In this document: positions 29,994 through 38,677 of the stretch, in pieces
Layout of the letters: the number at the start of each line of letters is the position of its first letter
How positions within the stretch are numbered: position 1 is the stretch's first letter
Assembly: GCA_001789045.1 (NCBI GenBank)
Contig: MFYG01000013.1
Location: 12,016 to 64,929 of the forward strand
Direction: 5' to 3'
Origin: Candidatus Peribacteria bacterium RIFCSPLOWO2_12_FULL_55_15
GTDB taxonomy: Bacteria; Patescibacteriota; Gracilibacteria; Peribacterales; Peribacteraceae
DNA length: 52,914 bases
Made by a program: the position numbers and the translations under genes
Notes under the pieces: generated by a model
Database searches by the model: none
What the model was told of the DNA's origin: nothing
The model's input: only the letters and a program-made list of their open reading frames with translations

Positions 29994-31511
29994 CTAATCG
30001 ACCTTGGGGAAGAGAATTTCCGGCTCCCCCACCTTCTTCCAGTCTTTACACCCTCCCCACTGCTTCATTGCATCTGTCATAACAAACCCCTTTTCAAGCA
30101 TCTTGTCCGCATATGGCACCCCAAGCTGCACACTGATCTTCTGCGCGGTCCCTGGAATGAAGGGGAGAAGCATGAGAGAGATATGACGGAGCGATTCCGC
30201 AACGCCGCTCAAGAACTGCGCCTTTTTCTCTCCTATAAGCGCCCACGGCTTCCCCTCATCCACCGCCTTATTGAGACCTGCAATCATATGCATCGGAATG
30301 GCAATCGCCTCGGAGCAGGCAAAACGCCGAATCCGTTCAGTAAAGCTATGCCAGGTTTCATTGACATCACCAATCGAAGCAACGAGAGCACAATCATCTT
30401 TCTTTAGGAGAAGCAGAACGCGATTGAGCAAATTTCCAAGCTGATTTCCAAGTTTCGCTTGGTAAATTTCCCCAAACCTCTTCCAACTAAAATCACCATC
30501 ATTCCCCACAGGAATCTCATGCATAAGGTAAAACCGGAGGGCATCGACGCCGTACTTCTCGATCACCTCGACAGGATCCACCACATTCCCAATGCTCTTA
30601 CTCATTTTCTGCCCTTCGTTCGTGATGAACCCATGGATGAGGAGACGATGCGGCGGCGGCACTGAAAGACCAGCATGTTTCAACATCGCCGGCCAGATCA
30701 AGGCATGGAACCGGGCAATATCTTTGCCAATCACATGCGTCACTTCCGCGCCTTCCCACCATTCTTTTTCGTCATGACCTGTGAAGTATCCGAGTCCGGA
30801 GATGTAGTTCGTCAACGCATCGCACCACACGTACATCGTCTGCTCCGGATCACCCGGTACGGGAATGCCCCATGAAAGACTACTGCTCGATCGCGAGAAT
30901 GAAACATCCTCTAAACCCTGATCGATAAGCGATAGCGTCTCATGAGAACGGGCTATTGGAACGACGTGGTAACCATCCTCTCGCATGAGAAGATCTCGAA
31001 GCCACTTCCCTTCCCTCCTAAGTAGGAAAAACCAGTTCTCTTCACACACTTCCTCCGGCACCTTCTGATGATCAGGGCACTTCCCATCGAGAAGATCCTT
31101 CTTCGTCATAAACTTCTCACATCCGCTGCAATAGAGTCCTTTATATGTACGCTTCTCGAGTGCTCCACTCTTCTGCAAGCGCTTCCAAAGCTCCTGCACC
31201 GTCGGCCAGTGCATCGCATGATCCGTCGTCCGGATGAAACGGTCATAACTGATATGCAGCTGGTCATAGTGACCACGAAAAAGCGGCACATTCCGATCAA
31301 CGAGCTTCTGTGGACTGACACCTTCCCTATCAGCAGTCTGCTGAATCTTCACACCATGTTCATCTGTCCCAATCTGGAACCGCACATCGTCGCCACTTAG
31401 CCGCCACCATCGCGCGATGACATCCGCAAGAATCTTCTCCAGCACATGTCCCATGTGTGGAGGAGCGTTCGGATAGTCAATCGCTGTCGTGATATAGCGC
31501 CGCACTGCCAC
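29994..31511 (-). CDS. metG: Methionyl-tRNA synthetase (short form)
   Basis: YPNAPPHMGH, GTDEHG, YVWCDAL, GKDI, KMSKS. Confidence 0.97.
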   Translation of the reverse strand: MAVRRYITTAIDYPNAPPHMGHVLEKILADVIARWWRLSGDDVRFQIGTDEHGVKIQQTADREGVSPQKLVDRNVPLFRGHYDQLHISYDRFIRTTDHAMHWPTVQELWKRLQKSGALEKRTYKGLYCSGCEKFMTKKDLLDGKCPDHQKVPEEVCEENWFFLLRREGKWLRDLLMREDGYHVVPIARSHETLSLIDQGLEDVSFSRSSSSLSWGIPVPGDPEQTMYVWCDALTNYISGLGYFTGHDEKEWWEGAEVTHVIGKDIARFHALIWPAMLKHAGLSVPPPHRLLIHGFITNEGQKMSKSIGNVVDPVEVIEKYGVDALRFYLMHEIPVGNDGDFSWKRFGEIYQAKLGNQLGNLLNRVLLLLKKDDCALVASIGDVNETWHSFTERIRRFACSEAIAIPMHMIAGLNKAVDEGKPWALIGEKKAQFLSGVAESLRHISLMLLPFIPGTAQKISVQLGVPYADKMLEKGFVMTDAMKQWGGCKDWKKVGEPEILFPKVD

Positions 31512-31541
31512 AGCTTACCTGCATACACCATGAGAGGAAGA

Positions 31542-31931
31542 TTAAGAAATTACATTCCCTAATAGATCACGGATTGCATTCATAATAGGCTCAACAGAGA
31601 GCGCAATAAATACTCCAATGAGCGCTATGACGGCCATTTTTTTTGCAGCAGCAACCTTGTCATCCTGTCCTTGCGATACAATTATCCGTATACATGCGTA
31701 GATAAAAACGCACACACCAACCCCTGCGGAAAAGTCGATAATGGAACTCACCACCTTCCCCAGAATATTTGACGATCCATCAGACACGATCATGCCACAC
31801 ATCCAGTCAGGAACCATTCCCCCACCGCAAATATTTCCACGGTATTTTTCCAACTCGCCTGCGACACTAGCGGCAGAGGTGCTGCGCGGAAGGCCGAGAA
31901 ACAAGAGCACTATATGAAACAATGTCCTCAT
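31542..31931 (-). CDS. VirB2/TrbC-like pilin-domain membrane protein
   Basis: Signal peptide, Cys pair, TM-SQG..KVAAAKK-TM; TAATG coupling. Confidence 0.6.
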   Translation of the reverse strand: MRTLFHIVLLFLGLPRSTSAASVAGELEKYRGNICGGGMVPDWMCGMIVSDGSSNILGKVVSSIIDFSAGVGVCVFIYACIRIIVSQGQDDKVAAAKKMAVIALIGVFIALSVEPIMNAIRDLLGNVIS

Positions 31932-32527
31932 TATACACCAAAGACAGTAAGAACAGCACCCACAAGCGTGCGTGCCACATTCACTATCACAGCTCCGGCA
32001 ATCGCCCACATAATCGCCTTCTTTGCACGATCGAACCCTTCAGGTTGTCCATGCCCCATGAGCATTCGAATCCCGGCAAAAATGATCACCGAGAGGAAAA
32101 TGACATTCATCGCATTCACCAGGATTTTCACGGCCCGATGAATAATACTCGCGGCTGTATCATCACCGACAAGTGGAGTCTCGGCAACAATTCCCACAAA
32201 TACTTGTGAGAGAATTGCGCCAAAAAGCCCCATGAGAGCATAGACAATCGCCCACTTCGCCTGAGTGGTTTTGGCATCATCACCCATGCTGATAAGCATG
32301 AGAATCCCACCCCATACAATGAAAAGAACCGAAAGTCCTACAGCCACTTCTAGGAGAAACTTTGCAATTTTCGGAAGGATTTCTACTGTCACTGTATTCG
32401 TATTCTGTGTATCACAGGCGCCAAAAGGTACTCCTTGACATAAACCTGCGCCAGCAATGACTGACATTGGAAAGAACGTAAGAACACAGGCAATCATGAC
32501 GCCGCTAAGAACAGTAAAAAATTTCAT
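31931..32527 (-). CDS. Tandem VirB2/TrbC-like pilin-domain protein
   Basis: Two TM-G...AK.AI..A-TM units. Confidence 0.65.
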   Translation of the reverse strand: MKFFTVLSGVMIACVLTFFPMSVIAGAGLCQGVPFGACDTQNTNTVTVEILPKIAKFLLEVAVGLSVLFIVWGGILMLISMGDDAKTTQAKWAIVYALMGLFGAILSQVFVGIVAETPLVGDDTAASIIHRAVKILVNAMNVIFLSVIIFAGIRMLMGHGQPEGFDRAKKAIMWAIAGAVIVNVARTLVGAVLTVFGV

Positions 32528-32617
32528 ACCACCAAATTATTTGTAGCATACAATGAGAAACAAGACACTGCACATCGTTGCGGAGAATTCTACCACGTCA
32601 TAGGATGCCACATGCAT

Positions 32618-32694
32618 GCGGATGTAGCTCAGTTGGCTAGAGCGTCGCCTTGCCAAGGCGAAGGTCGCGGGTTCGAACCCCGTCATCCGCTCCA
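32618..32694 (+). tRNA. tRNA-Gly(GCC)
   Basis: GCGGATG...CATCCGCTCCA; loop TTGCCAA. Confidence 0.97.
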
Positions 32695-32720
32695 AGATGC
32701 GCATGCGCATCTTGGAGCGG
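32687..32720. repeat. Perfect 34-bp palindrome overlapping the tRNA-Gly(GCC) 3' end
   Basis: CCGCTCCAAGATGCGCA|TGCGCATCTTGGAGCGG. Confidence 0.95.
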
Positions 32721-32851
32721 GCTCGCTACGCTCGCGTGACATTGTTTTGAATGAGAGGGAAACCTGCGGTTTCTCCTCTCAAACACTCCCTTCCCTTACG
32801 TTATAATCCTCCAAGTTGGTTTTCCTAAAGCTCTTTGTCTCCTCATATTCC

Positions 32852-32925
32852 GCGGGATTAGTACAGTGGCAGTACGCTAGCTTCCCAAGCTAGAGATGCG
32901 AGTTCGATTCTCGTATCCCGCTCCA
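32852..32925 (+). tRNA. tRNA-Gly(CCC)
   Basis: GCGGGAT...ATCCCGCTCCA; loop TTCCCAA. Confidence 0.96.
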
Positions 32926-33068
32926 TCTGAAAAAGTACCTCTTTCAGCTCTACTAGAAGCCAAGAGAAAGTTCTAACGTCTGTGATTTCAGTGCACCATT
33001 TCCTCCATAAGTGGCAGAAAGAGGTTGGCTATTGCTGAGTAATTTTTTTACTGTAGATTGCTCCCCCT

Positions 33069-34022
33069 ATGCCAATGCCAAAGTGTTCTTTTGTGGGCAA
33101 TGCTCTGAGTGTAGAAAAACTGGAAGAGACACTGCCCATTATCTGCGATCAAGACACATCTTTTGATGCGCAGAAGTGGACGCAAGAGAATCCACTGTAC
33201 GGACACTGCGGTGTGGTCACTACCATTGCGCACGATCTCCTAGGCGGGAAGATCATTGAAGGATGGTTGAAGGGAAGTACACGGAAGGAGACCATGGATG
33301 CCATCTTTGATGGTAAGGGAGATCCGAAGAAGGAATATCTCCTCCATCTTTGGAATGAACGATCGGATGGCGAGCGGCATGACTTCACACGCAAACAGTT
33401 TGGAGACCACTATCCTGATCTCATCGGTGAACCCGTGACGCGAGAGTATGTCCTTTCCTTTGCACCAACTATTCAGCGGTATCGAACCTTGGCATGGCGC
33501 TTGTTCACACAAAGGTTTCCAACGATGCCACTCTCCAACGATCCCCTCTACGAGCAATGCTTTAGAGAGTCACTTCTCTCAGATTGTGAGAATATGCGAT
33601 TCGGGAGTGTTATTGTCCTCAACGGAGAGATTGTTGCCCGGGGAACAAATATGCGAAACAAACTCCTACAGTGTTGTGATCCAGTCTGCTTCCGCAGAAA
33701 CGTAAAGGTTCCATTCTGGTCTCCCCTTGGATGTGATCATGCAGAGGAGACAGCGCTTTGGAATCTCTTGAACGATGAGAAAGTTCCGAAAGATGCTCAT
33801 AAAGACTGTGACATCTACATTGCGGGGTTCAGTACGGATCATCGTCCATGGATGAAAGAGGAACCTAACCACACTTGTATGCGTTGTTCTCCTCAAATGT
33901 ATCGAGCAAAGGTTCGAAAAATCCTTGTCCCCGTAGAGGGGGATTGGGGAGAAATGACTCCGGAACAAGCGGTACAAACAGCAAAGGAGTATATGAGATT
34001 GGAAGAGCATAATCCGTACTAA
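33069..34022 (+). CDS. YunG-like domain fused to a zinc-dependent (dCMP/cytidine-type) deaminase domain
   Basis: N-terminal ENPLYGHC, HLWN, DFT..QF; C-terminal FGSVIV..GTN, HAEE, CMRC. Confidence 0.7.
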   Translation: MPMPKCSFVGNALSVEKLEETLPIICDQDTSFDAQKWTQENPLYGHCGVVTTIAHDLLGGKIIEGWLKGSTRKETMDAIFDGKGDPKKEYLLHLWNERSDGERHDFTRKQFGDHYPDLIGEPVTREYVLSFAPTIQRYRTLAWRLFTQRFPTMPLSNDPLYEQCFRESLLSDCENMRFGSVIVLNGEIVARGTNMRNKLLQCCDPVCFRRNVKVPFWSPLGCDHAEETALWNLLNDEKVPKDAHKDCDIYIAGFSTDHRPWMKEEPNHTCMRCSPQMYRAKVRKILVPVEGDWGEMTPEQAVQTAKEYMRLEEHNPY

Positions 34023-34036
34023 CTTTCCATGCCCCA

Positions 34037-34096
34037 TCATGCGACCACCATTCCCGAGAGCATCGCGGTTCTAATAGCCTCGAGTTTAGAGCTCCA
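34037..34096 (-). repeat. att-like repeat copy 1 (encodes WSSKLEAIRTAMLSGMVVA*)
   Basis: Matches 37163-37222 and 38678-38737; ends in GCTCCA on the + strand. Confidence 0.92.
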
Positions 34097-34143
34097 AGCT
34101 CAAGAACCAGGAGCGCAGCGACGCAGTTGTTGGCTTGGACAGG

Positions 34144-34344
34144 TTACCATGAGCGAAGCCGAATGGGTATCCCGCTCCAAACAGGAATGACCTTCTCAAG
34201 GACGCTCTTTCTGACCTTATCTAAGCCACATTCCAGCGGTTCTAGCGAACCGATCTTCTTCCGCAGTTCCTCCTTCGCATGGGAGTCGAGGCTTACTGCC
34301 TTGCGGCCTATACCCTCTTCCTCCTGAATTTCATTTGGGAGCAA
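34144..34344 (-). pseudogene. Possible 3' remnant of a tRNA-targeting recombinase
   Basis: ORF ...LEPLECGLDKVRKSVLEKVIPVWSG reads through a 13-bp copy of the tRNA-Gly(CCC) 3' end; family identity is inferred. Confidence 0.35.
34167..34179 (+). repeat. 13-bp copy of the tRNA-Gly(CCC) 3' end
   Basis: GTATCCCGCTCCA identical to 32913-32925. Confidence 0.8.
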
Positions 34345-34549
34345 CTCCGCATTCGATGCGGAATACCTCCGCTGAGAATAAGCAAGAAGTTCCTACGTCT
34401 GAGCCCACTCGCTACCGCGCTCCGTAGAGACGCGATACTCTGGTGAGTTTTCACCTACGCTCATCGCTTCGGTGATCGCAGAGACGAGGTGCGCCGCGAG
34501 ACGGAACCGTAATCCCGGATACAAGAGCGAGGCACGAATGCAGTGTATC

Positions 34550-34584
34550 AAAAAGAACCCCCGCGAAAAATGTCGCGGAGGTTC
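34550..34584 (-). terminator. Hairpin plus U-tract downstream of the DGR target gene
   Basis: Minus strand GAACCTCCGCGA-loop-TCGCGGGGGTTC followed by TTTTT. Confidence 0.7.
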
Positions 34585-34623
34585 AAGGCGTCAAGAAGGC
34601 GGAAGCCCTCAAGACTTCAAGGC

Positions 34624-35298
34624 TCAGGACTTCCGAGGGGCGGCGGCGAGACCGAGGCTCGGGCCGCACCCGCCATCCCAGCAGTAGGCGACGACGACGC
34701 CATCGCCATCGAAGTAACCGACGCAGACGCGGACGCCGTCCGAGCCCTTGTCGATGCAGCGCACGTAACAGTCCGACAAGAGACGCTTGCCAGTTGCCAG
34801 TGCATTGATGACGAGGAACGTGGCGACGCTGCGCGTGGAGGGCACTTCTTCCTCAGGAAGGAGGAGCTTCTCCTGATCCGGGAAGGTCTTGTTGAAGGAA
34901 CCTTCCACGGGGATGCGGAGATTCCGCTCCTGAGGGGCGTCCTCGCGCTTGGCCCAGTCGTACGGCTCATACCAGTCCTGGCGGTAGACGAGCTTCTTCT
35001 GGCGAACGAGCGAGAGGTCGCGCAGCGTGACGAGCGAGATGCAGGGATCGAAGAACCGGTATACCCCGTTCTCGCACTGCACACCCTTCTCCACGGCGGC
35101 CTGGAGCGCCTGCATGGCAACCAGGAGGGGGTCCTCTTTCACCATCTCCATCACGCGGCGGAAGAGGCCCTCGTCGTGAGCGAGTGCGGCATAGAAGTCG
35201 CTGCCCGCACCGACCTTGCGGCCCGTCACGATCATCTCGTGGACGAGGCCGAGGTCCTTGCCGAAGTCGCTCTGACGCACGATGTCTTTGGACATCAC
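34624..35298 (-). CDS. Putative DGR target (variable) protein with C-terminal VR
   Basis: C-terminus VRCIDKGSDGVRVCVGYFDGDGVVVAYCWDGGCGPSLGLAAAPRKS resembles CLec-type DGR variable regions; NNC/NNT-rich; adjacent to a DGR-type RT. Confidence 0.7.
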   Translation of the reverse strand: MMSKDIVRQSDFGKDLGLVHEMIVTGRKVGAGSDFYAALAHDEGLFRRVMEMVKEDPLLVAMQALQAAVEKGVQCENGVYRFFDPCISLVTLRDLSLVRQKKLVYRQDWYEPYDWAKREDAPQERNLRIPVEGSFNKTFPDQEKLLLPEEEVPSTRSVATFLVINALATGKRLLSDCYVRCIDKGSDGVRVCVGYFDGDGVVVAYCWDGGCGPSLGLAAAPRKS

Positions 35299-35445
35299 AC
35301 ACCAACCTTTCTGGAAAAACAGAGACCCAAATCGTCGGGGACGGCGTTGCCTCGGAACGAGACAAGCGCCCTAGGCACGTTCAATGCGAAGAGAGCTTGT
35401 CTCATACATGAATCTTGACGATGCTCTGAAAGAACACCATGATAT

Positions 35446-35474
35446 AATTTATCACCAAAGGATGTTTCTGTCAA
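35446..35474 (-). promoter_or_regulatory. Putative promoter for the DGR target gene
   Basis: Minus strand TTGACA-N17-TAAATT. Confidence 0.5.
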
Positions 35475-35523
35475 TGGTGCAAACGCGGCAAAAACCACTC
35501 AGGCACACGGGTAAAATGCAACA

Positions 35524-36357
35524 ATGCAGGTACACCGACACCTCTTCGAGCGCATCATTTCCAAGGAAAACCTTTTCACTGCGTGGGAGGAGTTCCGCAA
35601 AGGGAAGCAGGGACGGAAGGATGTGCAGGAGTTCGAGCGAAAGCTGGAACAGAATCTTTTTCGTCTGCACCGGGGGCTTGTGGCTGGAACCTACAGGCAT
35701 CAGCCGTACAGCGCCTTCATTATCTGCGATCCCAAGCAGCGGCGCATCCACAAAGCTACAGTCCGGGACCGTATCCTCCACCACGCGGTATTCACCGTGC
35801 TCAACCCCATTTTCGAGCCGGCGTTCATTGCCCATTCCTTCTCCTGCCGGAAAGGCAAAGGGACACACAAAGCAGTGGACGCCTTGGATCGGATGCTCAG
35901 GAGCGTGAGCCGCAACGGGACGCGGCCCTGCTTTGGCCTCAAATGTGACATCCATCAGTTCTTCGCGTCCGTCGATCACGACATCCTGCTCGGAATCCTC
36001 GAAAAACGCTTGAAGGACGAGAAAACAATCGCGCTCCTCCTTCCTATCCGCTCATTCCTCAAGGAGCATCTGCATCTCGATCTCCACCCGCACAAAGTGA
36101 CACTCCGAAAATACCGCCAGGGTATCGACTTCCTCGGCTATGTGCTTCTGCCGCATCACCGTGTTCTTCGCACGAAAGCGAGGCGCAGGATAGTGCGCAA
36201 GCTGGGCGAGCGCATCACGGCGCACAAGGCGGGATTGCTCACTGAGGAAAGTGTCGAGCAATCATTGCAGTCGTACCTCGGCGTCCTCTCTCACGCGAAC
36301 TGCTACCGACTGAGCCAGGACTTTCAGAACCAATGCTGGTTCCTGCTCCAAGAGTAG
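35524..36357 (+). pseudogene. DGR-type reverse transcriptase with an in-frame deletion of the catalytic core
   Basis: ENLFTAW, DPKQRRI, RDRILHHA, SFSCRKGKGTH, KCDIHQFF, GIDFLGY, SYLGVLSHAN present; G.PIG..TSQ and YxDD absent. Confidence 0.85.
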
Positions 36358-36517
36358 TTCTTTTTTATGGCGTCCGAAAACTCAGCAAAGTCCGGTTGAG
36401 TTCGGTCTTGCCACGAGTGCCGCTGAGAGTTGCCGATCCAGTTTTTCCTCTGTACATGAGCAAAAGGGCGATAGTGGCAGGAGTGGCGAGAAATCTGGGA
36501 TATTTGCAAAAGAGCCT

Positions 36518-36545
36518 TTGACCAGGATCAGTGTGTTGCTATAAT
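36518..36545 (+). promoter_or_regulatory. Strong promoter pointing antisense into the NYN gene 3' end
   Basis: TTGACC-N16-TATAAT with TGn extension. Confidence 0.65.
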
Positions 36546-36550
36546 AGGAG

Positions 36551-36593
36551 CAATCACGCCCGATGGGATTTCGGTCCCGTCGGGATATTTTTT
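36551..36593 (+). ncRNA. Candidate ~45-nt small RNA (UUCG hairpin plus U-tract) antisense to the NYN gene end
   Basis: CCCGATGGGAT-TTCG-GTCCCGTCGGG then ATATTTTTT immediately after the promoter. Confidence 0.4.
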
Positions 36594-37145
36594 GTCTCGA
36601 TGAAGGGGCGCAGACGTTCGAGTGAACAGAGGAAGATCGCCCGCTTGCGCTGTTCATCCTCGATGTACTCCCGCCCAAGTCCTCCTTTGGGAAAGACCAA
36701 GATGGCTTGTTTGCGGCGCTCGCGGAGCGCATCGAAGATCGGAGCATAGTCGCCGTCGCCGCTCACGAGGATGAAGCCTTGGTACGTATCCAAGGCTGAG
36801 CAAAATCTCTTTCGCGATCTCAACATCGAAATCGCACTTGCGCCGCAAGATAGGTTTGAGAAGGGGCTTGCCCTCGTGATCCACGGTCACCGGCACCTTC
36901 TTCACGGCCTTCGTGACGATGCGGTAGCCGACAGCAGCTTGTGCTGTGAGGAATGATGCCGATTTCTCATGCTGATCCGTTCCGTGGAAGAGGACGATGT
37001 CCTGCACCTCCTGATGATCCTTGAAGAGGGTGAAGAGTCTGCGGGTATCGACGTTCCACCCGTTCTTGCGCTGCGCGTGGAATACGTTTGCCCAGTCGAT
37101 GAGGACGAGGGTCTTGCCTTTAAGTGTGAAGAACGGAGTCGCCAT
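36554..37145 (-). pseudogene. NYN/LabA (DUF88, PIN-like) nuclease, frameshifted near 36790
   Basis: IDWANV and KCDFDVEIA in one frame; SGDGDYAP in the adjacent frame. Confidence 0.85.
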
Positions 37146-37162
37146 GTGCGCGGCATCGTACA

Positions 37163-37222
37163 TCATTCGAGTGCCACCCCGGAACACATGGCGATTCTAA
37201 TAGCGTCGAGTTTAGAGCTCCA
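37163..37222 (-). repeat. att-like repeat copy 2 (encodes WSSKLDAIRIAMCSGVALE*)
   Basis: Matches copies 1 and 3. Confidence 0.92.
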
Positions 37223-37585
37223 CGAAGTAGAGAACCGAAGGCCATGAAGGGCATTTTCGCTGCGCTCATTCGGCTCACGCTTCGTGGCGCAGCCATGGTT
37301 CTCTGCCGCGCGCCCTGTAGCGTGGCGCGCGCCGTGTACCGTGCGAAGCTCTGATACTGGCGGAAGCCTCTGCTACTGGGGAGTGCCCTGTAGCGTCCTG
37401 TAGCGTCCTGTAGTCACCAAAGGTGTACTACTGGGGCAGTTTTGAATGAAAGAATGGCTTGTAGCTATGTACTTCGTTCTCTATATTTCCCTACTCGTTC
37501 TTTCACATCATTTTTCCCCCCACCCACTTCCCTTCCTCGTTGGAGGGGAAATGCCGTGGGGGAAAATATTGGAAAGGAGAGCATC

Positions 37586-38122
37586 ATGAAAACGTGGATA
37601 GGAATTGGAACAATCCTCCTTAGCTGCACACTAGGAGGAACTCTACAGTCAGAGACCATCACCGCTGGCATCGAAATCGTACAGAAAGTCCTTCCGGACG
37701 ACGAAATCGACACCACAATGAACATCAAGGTCACTGCCCGGGAGCACTTGAATTGGGTGACGTTCCGATACTGCCGTCACCCGAAGGATGAGAAGCGCGG
37801 AACCATCACTGTTAGTATTGGCTGCAGTGGTGCAGGACTTTCAAGCCTCGTGCTCTATCAACCAAAATCGCTCACGATCAATGGTATCATTGTGCTCCCG
37901 AGCAAGGTTGCAAAGGACAGAAAGAGCTTCGAGGAAGAGGAAAGTTCCGTGACGCGCTACCGGTATTCTTTGAAAGAGGGAAAACCACTCGAGCCAATAG
38001 AAGAACGGCTCGAGGGAAAGATTATCCGCACAAAGGGCGGACCATTCATCTTTCACCAGGATGGGCCGCATCGGCGCGTCTGGGAGTGCATCCCACTCCA
38101 CAAAGAGACAGATTCTCCGTAA
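37586..38122 (+). CDS. Hypothetical secreted protein
   Basis: AAGGAG SD before ATG; signal-peptide-like N-terminus. Confidence 0.65.
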   Translation: MKTWIGIGTILLSCTLGGTLQSETITAGIEIVQKVLPDDEIDTTMNIKVTAREHLNWVTFRYCRHPKDEKRGTITVSIGCSGAGLSSLVLYQPKSLTINGIIVLPSKVAKDRKSFEEEESSVTRYRYSLKEGKPLEPIEERLEGKIIRTKGGPFIFHQDGPHRRVWECIPLHKETDSP

Positions 38123-38196
38123 AACCAAACCACACCCACCACGGCATGGGGCATGGCTTCGCGGCCATGCCCTTCTTTAGCATTGACACAAACTCC

Positions 38197-38622
38197 TCAT
38201 GCCACCGCCTCTTCCAGTCGTGTGATCCGATGTTCGTGGTTTTCAATCTTTGGTGTCAGTCGTTTGTCGATATTCCCAAGAATAGCCAGAATTTGATCAT
38301 CTGTTTCATAGAGTCTCGCGAATTTATCATCGAATTTCTTCTCGATCCTTTGAACATCGGTCCCTAACTTCTGGACGGCAACGTCCAGTCTCTGCACCGT
38401 ACCATCCAGCTTCTGAAACTTTTCCTCTAGCCCCTGAAACCTGTCCTCCAGTCTCTGCACCGTACCATCCAGCTTCTGAAACTTTTCCTCTAGCCCCTGA
38501 AACCTGTCCTCCAGTCTCTGCACCGTACCATCCAGCCTTTGAAAACTGCCCTCCAGCTTTTGTATACTATTCTTTACCTTCCCAATATCCGCTTTCGTGG
38601 CTGGTGCTGTGTCATCGGACAT
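38197..38622 (-). CDS. Coiled-coil protein with 21-aa tandem repeats
   Basis: ATKADI...HEHRITRLE; internal 63-bp duplication. Confidence 0.7.
   Translation of the reverse strand: MSDDTAPATKADIGKVKNSIQKLEGSFQRLDGTVQRLEDRFQGLEEKFQKLDGTVQRLEDRFQGLEEKFQKLDGTVQRLDVAVQKLGTDVQRIEKKFDDKFARLYETDDQILAILGNIDKRLTPKIENHEHRITRLEEAVA
38384..38536. repeat. 63-bp tandem repeat (2.4 copies)
   Basis: Exact units at 38384-38446 and 38447-38509, partial unit 38510-38536. Confidence 0.92.
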
Positions 38623-38677
38623 GACCGCATGGTAGTTTTTCATTGCTTCTGATGCAAGCAGCTGCATCAGTTCAGCC

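Noticed and set aside
34543-35418. 291-aa + strand ORF opposite the DGR target
   Set aside because: Antisense shadow with no motifs; the minus-strand gene has a promoter, a terminator and a family resemblance.
35524-36357. RT as a group II intron or retron enzyme
   Set aside because: No maturase/domain V structure or retron VTG motif was seen; the motifs and neighbouring gene fit the DGR class.
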